Shown here piece by piece: positions 8,943-15,621 of a stretch of 24,440 nucleotides of DNA. Within the stretch, counting starts at the first letter, position 1. Each line of letters starts with the position of its first letter. Source of the stretch: Promethearchaeota archaeon (GTDB lineage: Archaea > Asgardarchaeota > Lokiarchaeia > Sigyniarchaeales > SOKP01); the NCBI GenBank assembly GCA_018238625.1, contig JABCSY010000060.1, positions 1 to 24,440 of the forward strand, read 5' to 3'. The position numbers and the translations under genes were made by a program. The notes beneath the pieces are model-generated. The model ran no database searches, was not told the DNA's origin, and saw only the letters and a program-made list of their open reading frames with translations.

Positions 8943-9247
8943 TCAATTTTCACCTCTACCATTTCAATTGCTTTTACAGGACATTCTTCCATACAAATTC
9001 CACATCCTTTACAATACTCCAAATCTATTTTAGGAGGGATGGTCCTAGTTACTACTGCTTCTGGGCAATAAAGCCAACAATTAAAACAGCTAGGTTTTCC
9101 TGATTTTACCGGAATGCATTTTTCTAAATCAATTACGGGTTTTTTAGGGCTCCACGAACCCGTTTTCCCAGCTTCTCCCTTTACGGGTTTTTGAACGGAA
9201 CCTAAGATTTTTTGATAATCCTTTTTCGTATTAGCCATAGGTATCAC
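8939..9247 (-). CDS. porD: 2-oxoacid:ferredoxin oxidoreductase delta subunit (2x[4Fe-4S] ferredoxin-like)
   Basis: KTGSW..KPVID.EKC, CFNCWLYCP and YCKGCGICMEECP. Start is GTG 9247 or ATG 9238. Confidence 0.92.
   Translation of the reverse strand: MIPMANTKKDYQKILGSVQKPVKGEAGKTGSWSPKKPVIDLEKCIPVKSGKPSCFNCWLYCPEAVVTRTIPPKIDLEYCKGCGICMEECPVKAIEMVEVKIE
8950..8956 (-). promoter_or_regulatory. Shine-Dalgarno motif (GAGGTGA) for porA within the porD 3' end
   Basis: Minus strand reads GAGGTGAAAATTGA-ATG, with an ATGA start/stop overlap. Confidence 0.65.
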
Positions 9248-9441
9248 ACAAATTAATGAATAAAAGCCAATATAAAAATTAATAACTATTGAAATAAAAC
9301 TCTTCCGATTAATTAAAATAGGGCTATTTAATAGAACTCAAAGAAATTATCTTAGTCTTTCGAAAAAGAAAGAAATTTAATATCAACAATTTCATTATCT
9401 CTTTAGAAAAAAATATAATTTAAGAATAAATATCAGTTCTT

Positions 9442-12081
9442 TTGGTGATGGATATAGATTATAATAAAGAAGAAGTTAGAGAAAAATTCAAAGATCTATT
9501 TGAACACTCTTTGGATTTAATTTATGTAAATGATTTATACGGTAATTTTCTAGATGCAAATGAATTAACTTTAATTTCTCTCGGCTATGAAAGGAAGGAC
9601 ATTCCTAATTTGACTTTTACTGATTTGCTTGACAGAGATAGTTTAATTAGGGCATATAATTCATTAAAGGAAATAAAAAAAAGGGGGAAACTATCTGCCA
9701 AGAGTGAATACAAGCTTAAAACAAAAACTGGCGATTACATATTTATCGAAACATACAGCATTCCCTTAAAAAAAAATGGTAGATTGTATGGAATATTAGG
9801 AATAGCCAAAAACATCACCAAACGGAAAAAAACAGCACAAAAATTAAAAGAATCGGTAGAAATGTTCAAAGCTTTGTTTAAAGAAGGTCCAATTCCTACT
9901 TATACTTGGAGAAAAATAGGAGAGGATTTTGTTTTCGTTGATTTCAATAACGCCGCAGATAAAATAACTCAAGGGCATGTAGAAACTTTTTTAGGAACTA
10001 ACGCGTCTGAGATGTACAAAGATCGTCCAGATATTTTGAAAGATTTACATCTTTGCATAAAAGAAAAAACTCATATTACGCGAGAAATGAAGTATAAATA
10101 TGATTTCTCAAAGGACGAGAAATATTTACTGGTAAATTACGGTTGTGTAGGTCCTGATTTAATAATTGTGAGCACAGAAGATATAACGGAAAGAAAAGAG
10201 GCAGAAGAGAAATTAAAGGAATCTGAACTTAAGTATCGCAATATGATTAATAATCTAGACGTTGGTTTTTACCAAGTATCTCTAGATGGAACGATGATAA
10301 ACCATAATCCAGCCCATAATACGATTCTAGAATACGATCAATCGGAAAGCCTTATAGGTAAAAAAGTAACAGATTTTTGGCAATTTCCCGAAGATCGAGA
10401 GGAATATTTAAAGCAGATATTAAAAGAAAGTTATGCTAAGAATTACATCTGCCCATCCCTAACGAAAGAAGGTAAAAAAGTTGTTGTTCAATTAAATTCT
10501 CATTTAATGCGGAATAACGAAGGAAAGCCGTTTGGTATCGAAGGAACTTTTATCGATATTACAGAAAAGTATAATTTGGAGCAAGGATTGAGAGAATCTG
10601 AAGAGAAGTTCAGATCTATAGCCGAACAGTCGTTATTGGGCATATGTGTAATACAAGATGATTTGGTTAAATACATTAATAAACAATTTGCTGATTTAAT
10701 AGGATATACGGTCGAAGAAGTAAAAGATTGGGCCCCTGGTTGGTTTGTAAACGTCATTCATCCAGATGATAGAGATTGGGTAGTAAGTCAAGCTACAAAG
10801 AAACAGTTGGGTTCGAACGATGTAAAAAATTATTATCAATATCGTCTAATAAATAAATCTAAAAAAATTATTTGGTTAGATAATTTCTCTAAAACAATTT
10901 TATTTAGAGGACGAAATGCGAACTTAGTTACTGTTGTAAATATTACGGAACGGAAAATTACCGAACAAAAATTAAAAGAATCAGAGAGAAAATATCGTAA
11001 TATCTATGAAAACACTCCTTTTTCAGTAGTATTAATTAATTCACAAGGGGTCGTTGTAGATGCTAATCCAACAACCGAAGTAATGTTTGGTTATAAAATA
11101 GACGAATTGATTGGTAAGAAGTTTAAGGATCTTTCAATAATACATCCAGATTACTTATCAAGAATTTTCACGCTTTTTAAAAAGTTTGTAAAAGGAGAAA
11201 AAATACATCGAATAGATATTCAAATACAAAGAAAGAATGGGACGATTTTTTGGGCAAATCTTCAAGCAGCCCTTATGAAAATTAGGGATGTAACATATGT
11301 TCAAGCTTTATTTACAGATATCACTAAGAAAAAAGAAGCTGAATTCCTTGTTGAGGAGGAATTAAGAAAATTGAAGGAACTTGATCAGCTAAGAAAAAAT
11401 TTAATTTCAAGAGTTTCGCACGAACTAAAAACTCCTCTCGTTTCAGTTAGTGGAGGTTGTGAACTTCTTTTAACTCTGTATGGAGAAAAATTAAGTAAAG
11501 AAGAATTAGAGTTAATAGAACTTATTGAAAAGGGGGGTAAAAGGCTAAAAAAATTAGTCGATAATTTAATTGATATTTCTAGAATTGAATATGGTAAATT
11601 CAAATTACAAAAAGAATCCAACGATCTTAGCGAGCTTATTCGGGATGTCTCGAAAGAATTAAGATATCTATTGAGAGAGAGAAAATTTGATCTAAACCTT
11701 GCGCTTCCCGAGAGCCTTTTTTTAAAAATGGATAAAATTCGGATCGAACAAGTAATCATGAATTTATTATCTAATGCCATAAAAAACACACCTCCAAAAG
11801 GGGACATAAAGATAGTTTTAAAAAAAAAAGAAAATTGGGCTGAAATATCTATTAGCGATACAGGGATAGGGCTTAGTCAAGACGAAATGGATTTGATATT
11901 CACTAGGTTTGGCAAAATAGAACGGTATGGCGAGGGTTATGAATTTATCGACATCCAAGGCACTGGGTTAGGATTATATATCTCAAAAGAGATAGTAGAT
12001 TTGCACGAAGGTGAAATTAGAGCGGAATCAGAAGGAAGAAATAAGGGGAGTACATTTATCGTAAAACTACCAATATCTTAA
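9442..12081 (+). CDS. Soluble sensor histidine kinase with five PAS domains, HisKA and HATPase_c
   Basis: Five PAS repeats joined by (D/N)IT.(R/K)...L(K/R)ES..(K/M)(Y/F) linkers; H box SHELKTPL, N box NLLSNAIK, G1 DTGIG, G2 GTGLGL. No TM segment and no receiver domain. Start may be ATG 9448. Confidence 0.95.
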   Translation: MVMDIDYNKEEVREKFKDLFEHSLDLIYVNDLYGNFLDANELTLISLGYERKDIPNLTFTDLLDRDSLIRAYNSLKEIKKRGKLSAKSEYKLKTKTGDYIFIETYSIPLKKNGRLYGILGIAKNITKRKKTAQKLKESVEMFKALFKEGPIPTYTWRKIGEDFVFVDFNNAADKITQGHVETFLGTNASEMYKDRPDILKDLHLCIKEKTHITREMKYKYDFSKDEKYLLVNYGCVGPDLIIVSTEDITERKEAEEKLKESELKYRNMINNLDVGFYQVSLDGTMINHNPAHNTILEYDQSESLIGKKVTDFWQFPEDREEYLKQILKESYAKNYICPSLTKEGKKVVVQLNSHLMRNNEGKPFGIEGTFIDITEKYNLEQGLRESEEKFRSIAEQSLLGICVIQDDLVKYINKQFADLIGYTVEEVKDWAPGWFVNVIHPDDRDWVVSQATKKQLGSNDVKNYYQYRLINKSKKIIWLDNFSKTILFRGRNANLVTVVNITERKITEQKLKESERKYRNIYENTPFSVVLINSQGVVVDANPTTEVMFGYKIDELIGKKFKDLSIIHPDYLSRIFTLFKKFVKGEKIHRIDIQIQRKNGTIFWANLQAALMKIRDVTYVQALFTDITKKKEAEFLVEEELRKLKELDQLRKNLISRVSHELKTPLVSVSGGCELLLTLYGEKLSKEELELIELIEKGGKRLKKLVDNLIDISRIEYGKFKLQKESNDLSELIRDVSKELRYLLRERKFDLNLALPESLFLKMDKIRIEQVIMNLLSNAIKNTPPKGDIKIVLKKKENWAEISISDTGIGLSQDEMDLIFTRFGKIERYGEGYEFIDIQGTGLGLYISKEIVDLHEGEIRAESEGRNKGSTFIVKLPIS

Positions 12082-12104
12082 AATAAGAATGTTGAAAAAT
12101 GGAG

Positions 12105-12692
12105 CTATAATATTTTAGCCATGTTAAAACCTTGCTCAATTAACTCATAGTTAAGGTTTCCTAATTTTTCGCCCAATTTTTTCAAAACTACATCTTTTAG
12201 GTTTTCCAAGTGCAGGTCTGGTAACGCTTTTGAGAGCAAACCTAAAATTGGTGTATTTATTACAGGGTTTCCGTCTATCGTTAAATTTTTTTCAAGTGCC
12301 AAGTTATTAATATCTGCAACAATCACTTTTATATTGCCACTAAGATGAAACTCTTTAACAAAATATTCGGGATTTTTATTGGAATTTATTATAAAAATTC
12401 CATTTCTTTCCAAAGACGATGCCACTTCTTTAGTTAAAACAGTCTCATCGAATACGATTAAAATATTTGGGTTTTTAATTTGAGCGCGATCGTATACTTT
12501 TTCGGTTCGGGATAATTTTACATATGCTTGAACAGGAGCGCCCCTTCTTTCAGCTCCAAACGAAGGATACGCTTGGACATCAATGAAATTACCACTTAAG
12601 TATGCTGCTTCAGCTATTATCTCACAAGCAGTAACTGCCCCCATACCCCCTCTTCCGTGTAAAACTATTTTTATCAGTTCCAATTCGCTCAT
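12105..12692 (-). CDS. porC: 2-oxoacid:ferredoxin oxidoreductase gamma subunit
   Basis: HGRGGMGAVT, PSFGAERRGAPV and NTPILG motifs of PorC/PorG. Confidence 0.93.
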   Translation of the reverse strand: MSELELIKIVLHGRGGMGAVTACEIIAEAAYLSGNFIDVQAYPSFGAERRGAPVQAYVKLSRTEKVYDRAQIKNPNILIVFDETVLTKEVASSLERNGIFIINSNKNPEYFVKEFHLSGNIKVIVADINNLALEKNLTIDGNPVINTPILGLLSKALPDLHLENLKDVVLKKLGEKLGNLNYELIEQGFNMAKIL

Positions 12693-12893
12693 ATTAAACG
12701 CCTAATATGGTTAAACATTATATTTATGAATTAATCTTACTATTTAAAGAGTTTATCAAAATTAAAAACTTTTGTCAATTTTAGTTTTAAGGCTATCAGA
12801 CATATTAAATGACTTCAAATATGATAAAAAGTTAAAAGATTATAAATCATAATAAGAGTATTCATTTCAAATTTATTTAACGAGCAAGTATTT

Positions 12894-13745
12894 ATGATCA
12901 ATAAAAAAGGTTATTTTGAAGGTAGAGAGACTAAAAGATTGTTTTATCAGTACTGGCTACCAGATTCGAATAATATTAAGGCTTATATAATAGCTTTGCA
13001 TGGTTGGGGGACTCATTCAGATAGAATGGAAGTACCCGCAGAGTTTTTAACGGAAAACGGATATGCTGTGTATGCGTTTGATATTAGAGGACATTGGAGG
13101 AATGCCGACAACCTCGGACATATCGATAGCATGGATCATGTCCAAAAAGACATCATTTTATTTATGGATTTAGTAAAAAAAACCTCTGGAGATAAAAAAA
13201 TCTTTTTAATGGGGCATTCGTTCGGTGCATTAATTGCCTTAATCTTTGCGGTTAATCATCCAGCATTACCTGGCGTATTAGTATCGTCCCCTTTATTAAG
13301 ATTAGCTGTAAACTTGTCTTTTAGTAAAAAATTGGGTAAAAAAATTGCCGGACCGATTTCTAAAATTTCTCCAACTAAAACTATAGATATGGTGATCGAA
13401 CAAAACCTTTTAACTAGTGACCTCAAAATTTTACGCAAGCACATTTCAGATGATAAAAAATTAGACAAAATCTCCTTGAGATCTGCTGCCGAAATGGAAA
13501 GAGCTATGAAATGGGCGATGGAAAACGCTTCTAAATTACTATGTCCTATATTGGTTATGCAAGCTGGAAAAGATAAAATGGTAGAAAAGGGAACGACTAA
13601 AAAATTCTTTGAAAAAATAAAAAATAAAGACAAGACATATAGGGAATACGATGGGTTTCTTCATGAGCTGTGGAATGAAAAAGGAAGAGCGCAAGTTTTT
13701 CGAGATATGTATATTTGGTTAGAAAAACACATTAAAAAAAAATAA
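12894..13745 (+). CDS. Alpha/beta hydrolase, monoacylglycerol lipase/lysophospholipase family
   Basis: Oxyanion HGWG, D.RGH, nucleophile GHSFG, acid G.DKMV and His in LHEL..E. Confidence 0.9.
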   Translation: MINKKGYFEGRETKRLFYQYWLPDSNNIKAYIIALHGWGTHSDRMEVPAEFLTENGYAVYAFDIRGHWRNADNLGHIDSMDHVQKDIILFMDLVKKTSGDKKIFLMGHSFGALIALIFAVNHPALPGVLVSSPLLRLAVNLSFSKKLGKKIAGPISKISPTKTIDMVIEQNLLTSDLKILRKHISDDKKLDKISLRSAAEMERAMKWAMENASKLLCPILVMQAGKDKMVEKGTTKKFFEKIKNKDKTYREYDGFLHELWNEKGRAQVFRDMYIWLEKHIKKK

Positions 13746-13763
13746 CAAAAATATAAAATAGAG

Positions 13764-14549
13764 TTATAGATATTTTTTGTATAATTCTTCTATAATTTCA
13801 TCCAATTCTTTCATTGTCTTCTTTTCATCGGTAATTTTTCCACATTCATCTTCTAAATCGAAACACGATTTAATATATGCCTTATTCATGATGTTTAACA
13901 TCATTTTTGGAAAGAGTAAAAATTCTGTTTGATATTTAGTTAATTGTTTTACAAATGAACGGGTTTCAGCTTCCAAGGTTTCACGCGGAAATATTCGCGT
14001 TGGAAAATTGATGTTTTTCAATTCTTCAATCCCGACTTTATCAGCAGAATAAAGCAGATACTTAGCGTAACTTAATCCAAAGGCCAATAAAGGCAAGAGT
14101 GTTGCTCCAGTCTGAGGAAATGCGGAAATAGCTAGTTCTGGAAGCCTTATATACAGCTCTTCTTTTGGCCTATCGGCAAAAATTCTAAGGTCAGAGGCTA
14201 GAATCATTAAAACACCAAAACCGATTGCAATTCCTTGTACTTGAGTAATAATGGTTTTTTTCATGAAAAGTATCGTAGAGGTGACCTTTCTACCCCATGT
14301 TTTTATTTTTTCTATGTTTTCGGGAGATCCTTGTATCTCCTTAAGGTCATAACCCGCGGAAAAAAATCTCTCCCCCGTGCTCTTTATAATAATGCATTTA
14401 ACTTTCTCATCCTTATCAGCTTGTAGTAAGTTCGTATGCATTAGTTGCAACATTTCGACATTGAAAGAGTGTGCTTTATCTGGGCGATTAATCGTTATTG
14501 TAGCAATATGTCCTTCTACTTCGTATAAAATTATATCTTGACTATTCAT
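13764..14549 (-). CDS. Enoyl-CoA hydratase/isomerase (crotonase) family protein, paralog A (single catalytic Glu)
   Basis: IATITINRP, FSAGYDL, AIGFG, SDLRI and LPE. Confidence 0.9.
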   Translation of the reverse strand: MNSQDIILYEVEGHIATITINRPDKAHSFNVEMLQLMHTNLLQADKDEKVKCIIIKSTGERFFSAGYDLKEIQGSPENIEKIKTWGRKVTSTILFMKKTIITQVQGIAIGFGVLMILASDLRIFADRPKEELYIRLPELAISAFPQTGATLLPLLAFGLSYAKYLLYSADKVGIEELKNINFPTRIFPRETLEAETRSFVKQLTKYQTEFLLFPKMMLNIMNKAYIKSCFDLEDECGKITDEKKTMKELDEIIEELYKKYL

Positions 14550-14587
14550 GGTTTAAAAAAAAGATATGTTTAATATAAATTTTCTTA
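14547..14587 (-). promoter_or_regulatory. Copy 1 of an exact 41-bp element: putative BRE-TATA promoter plus ATG of crotonase A
   Basis: Minus strand TAAGAAAA-TTTATATT-AAACATATCTTTTTTTTAAACC-ATG, with the TATA-like box at -30..-23 from ATG. Identical to 15404-15444. Confidence 0.8.
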
Positions 14588-14608
14588 CCTTATTCAAAAA
14601 TATTTAAT

Positions 14609-15406
14609 TTATGGATACTTTTTGTATAAATCTTTTATAAAATCATCCAATTCTTTCATAGTTTTCTTATCGTAGGCGATATTTCCGCATTCATCTTCTA
14701 AATCGAACCAAGCTTCAATAAATTTGTTATTCATTATCGCTAGCGTTGATTTTATCAAAAACATGAATGAGTCCATCCTTTTACTAAAAGTTTTTACAAA
14801 TTTTTTAGTTTCAAGCTCTAACTTCTCAAGAGGGAAGACTCTAACTGGAAAGTTCAACCTTTTTAAATCTTCCAAACCAAATTCGTCAGCCGTAAATAAA
14901 ATATTCTTAGCAAAAGTTAAACCAAACGCTAACAAAGGTAAAATCGTCGCTCCAGTTTGCGGGTATATAGATATAGCAATTTCTGGCATTCTAAAGAACA
15001 TCTCTTCTTTAGGCCTATCAGCAAATATTCTTAAATCGCACGCCATTATCAACTCCAAACCGTACCCAATTGCGGTACCTTGGACTTGAACAATGATAGG
15101 TTTTTTCATTATAAGCATTTTTTGCGTGTTTTTTCTTCCATAATCCTTCACTTCCTCGAAATATTCTTTGTTATCGTCGAAAGATTTGGATTTAATGTCG
15201 ATACCTGCGCTAAAAACCCTATTACCTGTGCTCTTTAACAAGATACACTTAACTCTCTCGTCGTTGTCAGCTTCTACGAGTTTCTCGTACAATCCTTTCA
15301 TTAATGCTAAGTTAAAAGAATGGGCTGCTTTCGGTCTATTTAAAGTAATTGTTGCAACTCTACCCTTAACTTCGTATAAAATTACATCTTCTTCTTGACT
15401 GTCCAT
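14609..15406 (-). CDS. Enoyl-CoA hydratase/isomerase (crotonase) family protein, paralog B (two catalytic Glu)
   Basis: VATITLNRP, FSAGID, AIGYGLEL, CDLRI and MPE. Collinear with paralog A. Confidence 0.9.
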   Translation of the reverse strand: MDSQEEDVILYEVKGRVATITLNRPKAAHSFNLALMKGLYEKLVEADNDERVKCILLKSTGNRVFSAGIDIKSKSFDDNKEYFEEVKDYGRKNTQKMLIMKKPIIVQVQGTAIGYGLELIMACDLRIFADRPKEEMFFRMPEIAISIYPQTGATILPLLAFGLTFAKNILFTADEFGLEDLKRLNFPVRVFPLEKLELETKKFVKTFSKRMDSFMFLIKSTLAIMNNKFIEAWFDLEDECGNIAYDKKTMKELDDFIKDLYKKYP

Positions 15407-15444
15407 GGTTTAAAAAAAAGATATGTTTAATATAAATTTTCTTA
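15404..15444 (-). promoter_or_regulatory. Copy 2 of the exact 41-bp putative promoter plus ATG (crotonase B)
   Basis: Base-for-base identical to 14547-14587. Confidence 0.8.
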
Positions 15445-15621
15445 GCGGATTTAAAAATTAATTTAAGTGCGCCTTCAGTTTAGACGAAAAGGAAATATCA
15501 ATCGCATCGTAAAAAATAATTACTGTGCTTATAAATTCCAATTGCTTTTACAAAAGTTAATAAGCACAAACAGTAAATTAATCATTATTAATTTAATCTA
15601 AAAAAAAAATTTTGATTAATT

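Noticed and set aside
9442-11340. Recurring AAATTAAA(A/G)GAATC-like words in the kinase as a DNA repeat array or CRISPR
   Set aside because: They are the coding linkers (KLKES) between PAS domains; there is no repeat-spacer structure.
6732-12098. Shared TGTTGAAAA just downstream of both porB (6732-6740) and porC (12090-12098)
   Set aside because: An AT-rich 9-mer can recur by chance, and the copies do not flank the kinase as a target-site duplication would.
9248-12104. The kinase insertion as a mobile element
   Set aside because: No transposase or integrase, terminal inverted repeats or target-site duplication is visible.
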